Shown here piece by piece: positions 27,647-37,174 of a stretch of 64,000 nucleotides of DNA. The stretch is from an uncultured Bacteroides sp. (GTDB lineage: Bacteria; Bacteroidota; Bacteroidia; Bacteroidales; Muribaculaceae). The notes under the pieces are model-generated. The model had not been told where the DNA came from. It made no database searches and was given only the letters and a program-made list of their open reading frames with translations. The DNA lies in assembly GCA_964554335.1 (NCBI GenBank), contig CAZKOF010000003.1, forward strand, positions 15,271 to 79,270, given 5' to 3'. How positions within the stretch are numbered: position 1 is the stretch's first letter; every line of letters begins with the position of its first letter. A program made the position numbers and the translations under genes.

Positions 27647-27673
27647 TTTAACTTTTAACTTTCAACTTTTAAC
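27647..27673 (+). repeat. Four tandem imperfect 6-7 nt repeats (TTTAAC TTTTAAC TTTCAAC TTTTAAC) in the 5' UTR
   Basis: Read directly from the sequence. Ends 6 nt before the ATG at 27680. Confidence 0.8.
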
Positions 27674-27679
27674 ATACAA

Positions 27680-27907
27680 ATGGCAAAGGCAATAGGCACC
27701 GTCGACATTGACTCGAACCGCTGCAAGGGTTGTAACCTCTGCGTTGTTGCATGCCCGACATCGGTACTTGCGCTCCGCCCAACGGAAGTCAACGACCGCG
27801 GATATCACTTTGCCTACGCTCTGAATGCTGAAGCGTGTGTCGGCTGCGGCTCCTGCGCGTTGGTATGTCCCGACGCATGCATCGAGGTATATCGCCTCAT
27901 CAGATAA
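27680..27907 (+). CDS. 4Fe-4S dicluster ferredoxin-like delta subunit of 2-oxoacid:ferredoxin oxidoreductase
   Basis: Two CxxCxxCxxxCP motifs (CKGCNLCVVACP, CVGCGSCALVCP). 75 aa. Confidence 0.85.
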   Translation: MAKAIGTVDIDSNRCKGCNLCVVACPTSVLALRPTEVNDRGYHFAYALNAEACVGCGSCALVCPDACIEVYRLIR

Positions 27908-27932
27908 CCGAGTGTAGAAAAAGATTTATACG

Positions 27933-29024
27933 ATGAATCAGGAAGAAGTTAAACTCATGAAGGGTAACGAAGCCATTGCTCATGCGGCCATCCGCTATGG
28001 CGTCGACGGCTATTTCGGCTACCCGATTACCCCGCAGTCCGAGATACTTGAAACCCTCGAGGAGCTGCGCCCCTGGGAGACTACAGGCATGGTGGTTCTC
28101 CAAAGCGAGAGCGAAGTCGCTGCGATAAACATGGTATATGGCGGTGCGTCGACAGGCAAAGCCGTCATGACTTCATCCTCCTCGCCGGGCGTCAGCCTGA
28201 TGCAAGAAGGCATCAGCTACATAGCGGCAGGAGAATTGCCCGCGCTTATCATCAACGTCATGCGAGGCGGCCCGGGTTTGGGCACCATCCAACCCTCGCA
28301 GAGCGATTACTTCCAGACCGTCAAAGGCGGCGGCCACGGTGACTACCGCATGATTGTACTCGCCCCCGCATCGGTTCAGGATATGGCCGATTTTGTCGGT
28401 CTCGGCTTCGATCTCTCTTTCAAGTACCGCACTCCGGCAATGTTGCTTAGCGACGGTATCATAGGACAGATGATGGAGAAAGTCGTTCTTCCGCCGGCCC
28501 GTCCGCGGCGCACCGACGAGGAAATTCGCCGTCAATGCCCCTGGGCTGTCACCGGCAAACATGGCCGCAGCCACCGCAACGTGTCGACCACGCTCGAGCT
28601 CGAGTCGCACGTAATGGAGAACAATAATAAGCGCCTGCAGGCAACATATGCCGAAATCGAGCGCAACGAGGTCAGATATGAAGAGTATATGACCGACGAC
28701 GCAGAATATCTCTTCGTTGCTTTCGGTTGTATGAGCCGCATATGCAAGAAGTCGATCGAACAGGCCCGCGCCCGCGGTATCAAAGTGGGACTGCTGCGAC
28801 CGATTACTCTTTGGCCCTTCCCCTCGGAGGCAATCAGCAGACTTGCAGGCAAAGTAAAGGGAATATTGACTGCAGAGATGAATGCCGGCCAGATGGTCGA
28901 GGACGTTCGTCTCGCCGTTAAGGGTCGTGTTCCCGTTCATCATTTCGGTCGCAACGGCGGCATCGTCCCCAATCCGGGCGAGGTTGTTGACTCTCTCGTA
29001 GAACAATTTTCAATCAAGGAGTAA
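27933..29024 (+). CDS. 2-oxoacid:ferredoxin oxidoreductase alpha subunit (KorA/VorB type)
   Basis: GNEAIAHAAIRYGVDGYFGYPITPQSEI is the POR N-terminal motif. 363 aa. Confidence 0.85.
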   Translation: MNQEEVKLMKGNEAIAHAAIRYGVDGYFGYPITPQSEILETLEELRPWETTGMVVLQSESEVAAINMVYGGASTGKAVMTSSSSPGVSLMQEGISYIAAGELPALIINVMRGGPGLGTIQPSQSDYFQTVKGGGHGDYRMIVLAPASVQDMADFVGLGFDLSFKYRTPAMLLSDGIIGQMMEKVVLPPARPRRTDEEIRRQCPWAVTGKHGRSHRNVSTTLELESHVMENNNKRLQATYAEIERNEVRYEEYMTDDAEYLFVAFGCMSRICKKSIEQARARGIKVGLLRPITLWPFPSEAISRLAGKVKGILTAEMNAGQMVEDVRLAVKGRVPVHHFGRNGGIVPNPGEVVDSLVEQFSIKE

Positions 29025-29030
29025 GAAGCC

Positions 29031-29801
29031 ATGACAAAAGAAGAAATCCTTGCCCTGGGGGGCACGAAAGTAAACTCACGTCCGAGCCTGCTCCTCGACG
29101 CCACGATGCACTATTGTCCGGGATGCTCTCATGGCGTTGTGCATAAGCTCGTTGCCGAAGTGATTGAGGAACTCGGAATGGAGAACACCGCCATCGGCAT
29201 TGCGCCGGTAGGCTGCGCGGTGTTTGCCTATAACTATGTTGACATCGACTGGATTGAGGCTGCACACGGTCGCGCCCCTGCAGTCGCCACAGCCGCCGCA
29301 CGCCTGAATCCCGACGCAATGGTATTCACCTACCAGGGCGACGGCGACCTCGCTGCCATCGGCACATGCGAAACCATTCACGCCTGCAACCGCGGAGAGA
29401 ACATCGCCATAATCTTCATCAACAACGGCATCTATGGCATGACGGGCGGTCAAATGGCCCCGACCACGCTCGAAGGAATGAAAACATCAACCACGCCATA
29501 CGGCCGCCGGATTGACCTCAACGGCTATCCGCTCAACATCACCAATCTCGTCAAGGAACTCGACGGCACCTGCTACGTGACGCGCCAAAGCGTCCACACT
29601 CCAGGCGCAGTGCGCAAGGCCAAAGCCGCAATCAAGCAGGCATTCATCAACACCCGCGAGAAACGGGGCACGTCGTTCGTCGAGATTGTATCGACCTGCA
29701 GCAGCGGCTGGAAGCTCTCACCGGAAAAGTCCAACAAGTGGATGGAAGAGAACATGTTCATCAAATATCCCCCGGGGGATATTAAAAACACCGTAAAGTA
29801 A
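29031..29801 (+). CDS. 2-oxoacid:ferredoxin oxidoreductase beta subunit (TPP-binding)
   Basis: CPGCSHG plus the TPP motif YQGDGDLAAIG...NNGIYGMTGGQ. Confidence 0.9.
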   Translation: MTKEEILALGGTKVNSRPSLLLDATMHYCPGCSHGVVHKLVAEVIEELGMENTAIGIAPVGCAVFAYNYVDIDWIEAAHGRAPAVATAAARLNPDAMVFTYQGDGDLAAIGTCETIHACNRGENIAIIFINNGIYGMTGGQMAPTTLEGMKTSTTPYGRRIDLNGYPLNITNLVKELDGTCYVTRQSVHTPGAVRKAKAAIKQAFINTREKRGTSFVEIVSTCSSGWKLSPEKSNKWMEENMFIKYPPGDIKNTVK

Positions 29802-30334
29802 TGACACATGAAATAATCATAACCGGATTCGGCGGTCAGGGCGTCCTTTCAATGGGTAAGATTCTTGCCTATGCTGGACTCCTCGACGGCCTGGAAGTCA
29901 GTTGGATGCCGAGCTACGGCCCCGAGCAACGCGGAGGTACGGCGAACGTTACCGTAATTCTTTCCGACGAGCCGATATCCTCGCCCGTACTCGACCAGTA
30001 TGATATTGCCGTGGTGCTCAACCAGCAGAGCCTCGACAAGTTCGAGAGTCATGTAAAAACCGGCGGGACTCTGCTCTATGACCCCTACGGCATTCATCGT
30101 CGCCCCGAACGCCAAGACATCAAAGTCGTTGAAGTCAAAGCCACGGAAGCTGCTATCGAAACAGGCAATCCCAAGAGCTACAACATGCTACTGCTCGGCT
30201 CACTGCTTCAGTTGTTCCCCATGGTCAGCCCCGAAACAGTCATCAAGGGGCTGGAGAAGACTCTGCCCGAACGCCATCATCATCTGATTCCCATGAACCG
30301 TGAAGCCATCGCAAAAGGAGCCAAACTCGTATGA
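29801..30334 (+). CDS. 2-oxoacid:ferredoxin oxidoreductase gamma subunit
   Basis: ITGFGGQGVLSMGKILA...PSYGPEQRGGTA is the POR gamma motif. TAATG overlap with the beta subunit gene. Confidence 0.85.
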   Translation: MTHEIIITGFGGQGVLSMGKILAYAGLLDGLEVSWMPSYGPEQRGGTANVTVILSDEPISSPVLDQYDIAVVLNQQSLDKFESHVKTGGTLLYDPYGIHRRPERQDIKVVEVKATEAAIETGNPKSYNMLLLGSLLQLFPMVSPETVIKGLEKTLPERHHHLIPMNREAIAKGAKLV

Positions 30335-30708
30335 CCGACGACGACAAGAAACGCCTGACCTCAGATCCTGACGGACTTCTGACCTACGAATATATCGCAA
30401 ACCACATCGGCACGGACGACCTCGACATTCAATGGTTGACCGACAATATCATACGCGTTGACAGCAACGGCCAGTTCAGCGGTTCCGCCGCGCGCTACCT
30501 GCATGCCATCGACCCGACCCACTTCGCCCCGAACATCAATAGCCTGATTGCAGCGACCATCGACAAAGACCGCGAACACCGTTACTTATCGGCCCTTATG
30601 CAGGGAATATGGGGGGATGATTGTGAGAACCGCGTTGCCGAGCTTTCGGCCGCGAACGACAATTTCCGCCGTATTTACAAACGACTTTACCCTACCTCAG
30701 CAATATGA
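30331..30708 (+). CDS. Hypothetical protein (125 aa, no recognisable domain)
   Basis: ATGA overlaps at both ends, so it is coupled to the gamma subunit and PPIase genes. Composition looks like a soluble protein. Confidence 0.5.
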   Translation: MTDDDKKRLTSDPDGLLTYEYIANHIGTDDLDIQWLTDNIIRVDSNGQFSGSAARYLHAIDPTHFAPNINSLIAATIDKDREHRYLSALMQGIWGDDCENRVAELSAANDNFRRIYKRLYPTSAI

Positions 30709-31589
30709 AGAATTTTCTGTTGAGCCTCCTGCCTATTGTTGCACTGACGGCATGCGGCACCAAGTCCGATGAGGCCAAAAACGACAACCAGGATTCAACA
30801 ACTACAAACAAAGAAACAAATATGAACAACATAGCGACCCCGGCACAAAAGGATGCCACGGTGATGATTCACACCACCGAAGGCGACATCGAAGTACTCC
30901 TCTACGGCGATACTCCCAAACATCAGGAGAATTTCCTCAAACTCGTCAAGGAGGGCTACTACGACGGCACTCTCTTTCACCGCGTAATCAATGAATTCAT
31001 GGTTCAGGCCGGCGACCCCGACAGCAAAAACGCTCCGGCCGGCAAGCAACTCGGTCAGGGAGGTCCGGGATATCAGATTGACGCAGAATTCGTTTATCCC
31101 CGCCACTTCCACAAGCGCGGAGCTCTCGCTGCCGCCAGAACGTCAGACCAGATCAATCCCGAGCGCAAGAGCTCAGGCTCGCAGTTCTACATCGTGACCG
31201 GTAAGGCATATACCCCCGACCAGCTCGACCAAATGGAGCAGCAGATGAAGATGGGCCAGGTGCAGAGCGTCTTCTACAAGATTGCCGGTGAACATCAGGC
31301 TGAAATCCAGAAAATGCAACGCGAAGGCGACCGGGCCGGACTCGCCAAACTTCAGGAAGAGATTATCGCCATGGCCGAGAAAGATACCGGCGACGCGAAG
31401 CTCACTCCCGAGCAGCGCGAGGCCTACACGACAGTCGGCGGAACTCCGCACCTCGACAACCAATACACCGTGTTCGGCGAGGTTATCAAAGGCATGGATG
31501 TTGTCTCCAAAATTGAGAAAACGAAGACCGGCTCGGCTGACCGCCCCGTCAACGACATAAAAATTCTCTCGATGGAAGTCGTTAAATAA
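30705..31589 (+). CDS. Cyclophilin-type peptidyl-prolyl cis-trans isomerase lipoprotein
   Basis: Lipobox LTAC. FHRVINEFMVQAGDP, GSQFYIV, TVFGEVIKGMDVV. Contains a roughly 75-aa helical insertion. Confidence 0.85.
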   Translation: MKNFLLSLLPIVALTACGTKSDEAKNDNQDSTTTNKETNMNNIATPAQKDATVMIHTTEGDIEVLLYGDTPKHQENFLKLVKEGYYDGTLFHRVINEFMVQAGDPDSKNAPAGKQLGQGGPGYQIDAEFVYPRHFHKRGALAAARTSDQINPERKSSGSQFYIVTGKAYTPDQLDQMEQQMKMGQVQSVFYKIAGEHQAEIQKMQREGDRAGLAKLQEEIIAMAEKDTGDAKLTPEQREAYTTVGGTPHLDNQYTVFGEVIKGMDVVSKIEKTKTGSADRPVNDIKILSMEVVK

Positions 31590-31609
31590 CTTTAGCTTAA
31601 AACCCGAAT

Positions 31610-31649
31610 AGCCCGATTGGATATAAATCGCCAACCGGGCTGATTTTTT
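31610..31649 (+). terminator. Rho-independent terminator after the PPIase gene
   Basis: AGCCCGATTGG (31610-31620) pairs with CCAACCGGGCT (31631-31641), 10 of 11 bp, with a 10-nt loop, followed by GATTTTTT. Confidence 0.75.
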
Positions 31650-31662
31650 GCTATTTTTTTTG

Positions 31663-31670
31663 TAACTTTG
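31663..31670 (+). promoter_or_regulatory. -7 promoter box TAACTTTG for ffh
   Basis: Exact TAnnTTTG, 27 nt upstream of the ATG at 31698. Confidence 0.55.
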
Positions 31671-31697
31671 CACCAAAATCCCAAAAAGCGTAAACCC

Positions 31698-33047
31698 ATG
31701 TTTGAAAATCTTAGCGAAAGACTTGAACGCAGCTTCAAGATACTGAAAGGCGAAGGCAGGATTACCGAAATCAACGTTGCCGAAACGATGCGCGACGTAA
31801 GACGTGCCCTTCTCGATGCTGACGTTAACTATAAAGTAGCCAAGCAATTTACTGATACCGTCAAAGCCAAAGCCCTCGGTCAGAACGTGCTGCAGGCAGT
31901 CAAACCGAAAGAGCAGATGGTAAAGATTGTCCACGACGAACTGGCCCTGCTCATGGGTGGCTCGGCGGCCAAGTTCGATCTGTCGGGTTCGCCGGCCATC
32001 GTGCTGATGAGCGGTCTGCAAGGCTCCGGTAAAACGACTTTCTCCGGCAAGCTCGCCCGGAAATACAAAAGCGAGCAGGCCAAGCGTCCGCTGCTGGTTG
32101 CCTGCGACGTTTACCGTCCCGCAGCTATTGAGCAGCTCAAAGTCGTAGGTCAACAGATCGACGTTCCCGTCTATAGCGAAAACGGAAACATGAATCCCGT
32201 TGAAATCGCCCGCAATGCCGTCAGCTACGCGAAAGCCAACCACCACGACATGGTAATTGTCGACACTGCCGGTCGCCTGGCCGTTGACGATACAATGATG
32301 CAGGAGGTTGAAAATCTCAAGAACGCGCTCAAGCCACAGGAGATTCTCTTTGTCGTTGACTCGATGACCGGTCAGGATGCAGTCAACACGGCAAAAGCCT
32401 TCAATGACCGTCTGGACTTCACGGGCGTGGTGCTCACCAAGCTCGACGGCGATACCCGCGGCGGCGCCGCACTCTCAATCCGCACAGTCGTTGACAAGCC
32501 CATCAAATTTGTCGGCTCCGGCGAGAAGATGGACGCTATCGACGTGTTTCACCCCGAACGCATGGCCGACCGAATTCTCGGCATGGGCGACATTGTCAGC
32601 CTCGTTGAAAAGGCCCAGCAGGACTTTGACGAGAAAAAAGCCAGGGAACTCGAACGGAAGATGGCGAAGAACAAGTTTGACTTCAACGACTTCCTCGAGC
32701 AGATTCAGCGCATCGAAAAGATGGGCAGCATCAAAGATATCGCAGCAATGATTCCCGGCATGAACAAAGCTATCAAGGACGTTGAAATCAAAGATGACCC
32801 CTTCAAGAACATCAAAGCCATCATCGGCTCGATGACACCCGCCGAACGCTCTAACCCCGACATTATAAAAGGGTCACGCCGTCAGCGCATTGCCCGAGGG
32901 TCAGGCACCGAGCTGCCGGAAGTCAACAAGTTGCTCAAACAATTTGAGGAGATGCGCAAGGTGATGAAGGCCGCGACAATGATGAAGAACCCCATGCAGA
33001 TGATGAAGGCCGCGCGCGCCATGCAGCAGATGCGCGGACGCAGATAA
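31698..33047 (+). CDS. ffh: Signal recognition particle protein Ffh
   Basis: MFENLSERL N-domain, G-domain GLQGSGKTT / DTAGR / TKLDGD, and a Met-rich M-domain tail. Confidence 0.95.
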   Translation: MFENLSERLERSFKILKGEGRITEINVAETMRDVRRALLDADVNYKVAKQFTDTVKAKALGQNVLQAVKPKEQMVKIVHDELALLMGGSAAKFDLSGSPAIVLMSGLQGSGKTTFSGKLARKYKSEQAKRPLLVACDVYRPAAIEQLKVVGQQIDVPVYSENGNMNPVEIARNAVSYAKANHHDMVIVDTAGRLAVDDTMMQEVENLKNALKPQEILFVVDSMTGQDAVNTAKAFNDRLDFTGVVLTKLDGDTRGGAALSIRTVVDKPIKFVGSGEKMDAIDVFHPERMADRILGMGDIVSLVEKAQQDFDEKKARELERKMAKNKFDFNDFLEQIQRIEKMGSIKDIAAMIPGMNKAIKDVEIKDDPFKNIKAIIGSMTPAERSNPDIIKGSRRQRIARGSGTELPEVNKLLKQFEEMRKVMKAATMMKNPMQMMKAARAMQQMRGRR

Positions 33048-33056
33048 ACTTCAGAT

Positions 33057-33932
33057 ATGGCAACGATTATTGACGGAAAGGCCACGGCAACGGCCATTAA
33101 ACAGGAAATTGCCCAAGAGGTGGCCGCCCGCGTGGCGGCAGGTAAGAAACGTCCGCATCTGGCAGCGGTGTTGGTCGGTCATGACGGAGGCTCGGAAACA
33201 TACGTTGCCCACAAGGTCAAGGCCTGCGAGGAGTGCGGATTCGAATCCACGCTAATTCGCCGCGAGGCCGACATCACTCAGGAGGAACTGCTGGAGATTG
33301 TTGACAACCTCAACAAAGATGATAGCATAGACGGCTACATCATTCAGTTGCCGTTGCCGCACCACATAGACGAACAGGCAATCATTCAGGCCGTTGACCC
33401 TGAAAAGGATGTCGACGGCTTCCACCCCGTCAATGTCGGTCGCATGTCGCTCGGTCTGCCCTGCTTTCTCAGTGCCACTCCCGCGGGCATCATCGAACTG
33501 CTCCGCCGCTACAATGTGCCGACCGCCGGCAAACATTGCGTCGTGCTCGGTCGCAGCAACATCGTCGGCAAACCGGTGGCCTCACTGATGATGCAGAAGG
33601 CAGTACCCGGAAACGCAACCGTAACTGTCTGCCATTCCGCCACACCGGACATCAAAGATATATGCCGTCAGGCAGACATTATAATCGCAGCTCTCGGTCA
33701 GCCCGGATTCGTCACCGCCGACATGGTCAAGCCGGGTGCCGTCATTATCGATGTCGGCACCACCCGCGTACCCGACCCGTCGAAAAAGAGCGGCTTCCGC
33801 CTCAGCGGTGACGTTGACTTTGTCAATGTGGCGCCTTTGTGCTCAGCAATCACTCCGGTACCCGGTGGCGTTGGGCCGATGACAATATGCTCCTTGATGC
33901 GCAACACTCTTCAGGCCGCGTCTTCTAAATGA
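33057..33932 (+). CDS. folD: Bifunctional methylenetetrahydrofolate dehydrogenase/cyclohydrolase
   Basis: IIDGKA...[32 protein letters not shown]. Confidence 0.95.
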   Translation: MATIIDGKATATAIKQEIAQEVAARVAAGKKRPHLAAVLVGHDGGSETYVAHKVKACEECGFESTLIRREADITQEELLEIVDNLNKDDSIDGYIIQLPLPHHIDEQAIIQAVDPEKDVDGFHPVNVGRMSLGLPCFLSATPAGIIELLRRYNVPTAGKHCVVLGRSNIVGKPVASLMMQKAVPGNATVTVCHSATPDIKDICRQADIIIAALGQPGFVTADMVKPGAVIIDVGTTRVPDPSKKSGFRLSGDVDFVNVAPLCSAITPVPGGVGPMTICSLMRNTLQAASSK

Positions 33933-34984
33933 CTCTGCTGGCAAATCTGCTGACATACATACTGCCGCTGCTCCCGGAACTGCATGTCCGACCCCAAAGC
34001 GCCGAGTTGCTTTTTGCCGGTGACGCCATGATGCACGAGGCGCAGATTTCCGCGGCCCTCCGGGCCGACAGATATTGTTTCGACGGGTACTTCGACTCCA
34101 TACGCCCGTATGTTGAATCAGCAGATTTTGCCATTGTTAATTTCGAGGCCTCGCTCGGAGGCAAGCCCTACCGCGGCTATCCGTGCTTCTCTGCGCCCGA
34201 CGAATATCCCGAGGCCCTAACTGCCGCAGGGTTCGACTTTTTTCTGCTGGCCAACAACCACATACTCGACCGACGCGACAAGGGACTGCACCGTACCATC
34301 ACTGTTCTCGACTCATTGAATATTTCCCACTGCGGCATCTATCACAACGCCACTGCGCGCGATTCTCTCGTGCCCGGCATTGTTGACGTCAACGGATTCA
34401 AAATCGGAATTCTGAACTACACCTACGGCACCAACGGAATCCGAATTACAGGCAACGCAGTCGTCAACTATATCGACACGGCCCGCATCGCCGCAGACAT
34501 ACGCGCCGCGCGAGCCGCGGGAGCCGAACTTGTTGCGACATGCATCCATTGGGGCGACGAGTACCATCTGCTTCCGAACTCATATCAGAAGCGCCTCGCC
34601 GACAAACTGACAGATCTCGGAGTCGATATGATTATCGGCGGACACCCGCACGTTATACAACCGATGGAGCTGCGACTCAACCCGAGCGGGCGCAATACCC
34701 TGCTGGTCTACTCACTCGGAAATTTCATATCCAACATGAAACTGACCGACACGCGAGGCGGAGCGATGGTTCGGGTGCACCTTGAGCGCGATTCGGCCGG
34801 TGCGGCACGAGTTGCATCGGCAGCATACACGCTGATATTTACCGAACCACCGACCGCGACAGAGAACTTCCGTCTCGTTCCGGCGCGTAAGAGCCGCGAC
34901 CCGAGGGCCCGCGCGTTCCTGAAAAACGCCGACCGCATCTTCACCACCCATAATATTAACGTTCCCGAGGACTCAATTCTTTAA
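33929..34984 (+). CDS. CapA family (PGA_cap) metallophosphatase-like protein
   Basis: [39 protein letters not shown]. Confidence 0.8.
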   Translation: MTLLANLLTYILPLLPELHVRPQSAELLFAGDAMMHEAQISAALRADRYCFDGYFDSIRPYVESADFAIVNFEASLGGKPYRGYPCFSAPDEYPEALTAAGFDFFLLANNHILDRRDKGLHRTITVLDSLNISHCGIYHNATARDSLVPGIVDVNGFKIGILNYTYGTNGIRITGNAVVNYIDTARIAADIRAARAAGAELVATCIHWGDEYHLLPNSYQKRLADKLTDLGVDMIIGGHPHVIQPMELRLNPSGRNTLLVYSLGNFISNMKLTDTRGGAMVRVHLERDSAGAARVASAAYTLIFTEPPTATENFRLVPARKSRDPRARAFLKNADRIFTTHNINVPEDSIL

Positions 34985-34985
34985 C

Positions 34986-35762
34986 ATGTTCAAAATTATC
35001 TCTAAGGAACACTTTTCAGCCAACGTGGTCAAACTTGATGTCGAAGTTCCCGGAATTGCCCGGGCCAGACGTACCGGACAGTTCGTCATCGTCATCGCTG
35101 ACGCCACGGGCGAACGCATACCCCTGACGATTGCCGACTCCGACACAGAAAAAGGCACCATCACACTGGTTGTTCAGGCAATCGGCGATTCCACCCGCAA
35201 AATCTGCGCTATGGAACCGGGCGAGGAGTTTCATGACGTTGTCGGCCCTCTCGGTCGCGCAACACAGATTCGTCAGGGCGGCACGGTTGTGTGCTGCGGC
35301 GGTGGCGTAGGCGTAGCGCCCCTGCTGCCTATTATAAAAGCAATGAAACTTGCGGGTTGCAGGGTTATCTCCGTGCTTGCAGCCAGGACAAAAGAGCTGA
35401 TTATTCTCGAAAAACAGGTCACGGAATACTCCGATGAAGTTATAATCATGACCGACGACGGCTCATATGGCCGCAAGGGATTGGTGACCGACGGCGTGGA
35501 GTCAGTCATTCTGCGCGAGAAAGTTGATGAAGTAGTAACCATCGGACCTGCGGTGATGATGAAATTTGTTGCCCTGCTAACAAAGAAATATAACGTGCCT
35601 ACAGTTGCGTCGCTGAATACCGTGATGGTCGACGGCACCGGAATGTGCGGTGCTTGCCGTGTCAGGGTCGACGGCCGCAACCGCTTTGTTTGCATTGACG
35701 GTCCGGAATTTGATGCCCACAAGGTAGATTTTGATGAAATGATTACACGCCTTCGCTCATGA
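34986..35762 (+). CDS. PyrK/NfnA(SudB)-like FAD/NAD(P)-binding oxidoreductase subunit with 2Fe-2S site
   Basis: RTGQFVIV, GGGVGVAP, and a C-terminal Cys cluster, GMCGACRV...FVCIDGPEF. Confidence 0.75.
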   Translation: MFKIISKEHFSANVVKLDVEVPGIARARRTGQFVIVIADATGERIPLTIADSDTEKGTITLVVQAIGDSTRKICAMEPGEEFHDVVGPLGRATQIRQGGTVVCCGGGVGVAPLLPIIKAMKLAGCRVISVLAARTKELIILEKQVTEYSDEVIIMTDDGSYGRKGLVTDGVESVILREKVDEVVTIGPAVMMKFVALLTKKYNVPTVASLNTVMVDGTGMCGACRVRVDGRNRFVCIDGPEFDAHKVDFDEMITRLRS

Positions 35763-37174
35763 ACGCACCTCTCGATAATAAAGCCCGCACCTCGATTCTG
35801 CGGATAAAAATGCCGGAACTTGACGCCGCATATCGTGTCACAACTCTAACCGACGAGGTAAACTGCGGCCTCAGCCGAGAGCAGGCCGTCGTTGAGGCCC
35901 GGCGATGCCTCAACTGTGCGAAGCCCGGATGCGTTGACGGGTGTCCTGTGGGAATCAACATTCCGGGATTTATCAAATGTATTGAACACGAAGACTTTGA
36001 CGGCGCTCTCGGTATTCTGCGACAGACTTCGGCTCTCCCGGCAGTATGTGGGCGCGTGTGCCCTCAGGAGAAGCAATGCGAGAGCAAGTGCATCTACAAC
36101 AAATTGAAGAAAGAGCCTGTCGCTATCGGCTATCTTGAGCGTTTTGCCGCCGACAACGGTTCCCTGAAACCCGACGCAGCAACTGTCAACGCCCCAAAAG
36201 CCGGACGAGGCAAGATAGCGGTTGCCGGTTCGGGGCCCGCCGGACTCTCCTTTGCCGGAGCAATGGCCGACCTCGGCTATGATGTCACGGTTTTCGAAGC
36301 CCTGCATAAGTTCGGAGGAGTGCTGATCTATGGAATCCCCGAATTCCGACTCCCGAATGCGGTTGTTGAACGCGAAATTCAGGGACTGCGCCGCATGGGC
36401 GTAAAATTTGAAAAAGACACTATCATCGGCAAAACTCTGTCTTATGACGACCTTCTGTCATCCGGTTTCCGCGGCCTGTTCATTGCCAGTGGAGCAGGGC
36501 TCCCGCGCTTCATGAACATTCCGGGCGAAAATTTGGTCAACGTCCTGTCATCGAATGAGTACCTGACACGCATCAATCTCATGCACGCCGGCACACCCGG
36601 CTATGCGACACCAATATTCAGAGGTCGGAACGTAGCCATAATAGGAGGCGGAAACACCGCAATGGATTCATGCCGCACGGCGCGCCGCATGGGTGCAGAA
36701 CGCGTCATGGTTATATATCGGCGAAGCGAAGACGAAATGCCCGCGCGCATTGAGGAAGTCAAGCATGCCAAAGAGGAAGGTGTGGAGTTTATGACTCTGC
36801 ATAATCCCATTGAATATCTTGGCGATGACAACGGCCATGTCCGCGCCATGCGGCTGCAGCGCATGACCCTCGGCGAACCCGATGCCGACGGTCGGCGAAC
36901 CCCGGTTGCTATAGAAGGCGATGTTGTCGAGATTCCTGTTGATCAGGTTATTGTCAGCATCGGAGTGTCACCCAACCCCATCATTCCGACGTCAATCGAC
37001 GGTCTTGAAGTAACCTCGCGTGGGACCATTGCCGCCAACTCCGACACTCTGCAGACATCTATTCCCGAAATATTTGCCGGCGGCGACATCGTGCGCGGCG
37101 GCGCTACAGTCATACTCGCAATGGGCGACGGCCGCCGCGCCGCCGCAGAAATGCACAAATATCTGACACAATGA
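35759..37174 (+). CDS. GltD-family NADPH-dependent oxidoreductase (glutamate synthase small chain / NfnB-like)
   Basis: Fe-S Cys clusters CLNCAKPGCVDGCP and CGRVCPQEKQCESKC. Dinucleotide folds VAGSGPAGLS and IIGGGNTAMD. ATGA overlap with the upstream subunit gene. Confidence 0.85.
   Translation: MNAPLDNKARTSILRIKMPELDAAYRVTTLTDEVNCGLSREQAVVEARRCLNCAKPGCVDGCPVGINIPGFIKCIEHEDFDGALGILRQTSALPAVCGRVCPQEKQCESKCIYNKLKKEPVAIGYLERFAADNGSLKPDAATVNAPKAGRGKIAVAGSGPAGLSFAGAMADLGYDVTVFEALHKFGGVLIYGIPEFRLPNAVVEREIQGLRRMGVKFEKDTIIGKTLSYDDLLSSGFRGLFIASGAGLPRFMNIPGENLVNVLSSNEYLTRINLMHAGTPGYATPIFRGRNVAIIGGGNTAMDSCRTARRMGAERVMVIYRRSEDEMPARIEEVKHAKEEGVEFMTLHNPIEYLGDDNGHVRAMRLQRMTLGEPDADGRRTPVAIEGDVVEIPVDQVIVSIGVSPNPIIPTSIDGLEVTSRGTIAANSDTLQTSIPEIFAGGDIVRGGATVILAMGDGRRAAAEMHKYLTQ

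Noticed and set aside
27647-27673. Short tandem repeats considered as a CRISPR-like or satellite array
   Set aside because: The units are only 6-7 nt with no spacers and span 27 nt in total inside a 5' UTR. This is incompatible with a CRISPR array.
31173-32246. 357-aa ORF on the minus strand spanning the PPIase/ffh region
   Set aside because: It is antisense to two strongly recognisable genes (cyclophilin and Ffh) and crosses the intergenic terminator and promoter. Its composition is the skewed V/G/L/H/F type typical of shadow ORFs in moderately GC-rich coding DNA. It has no motif.
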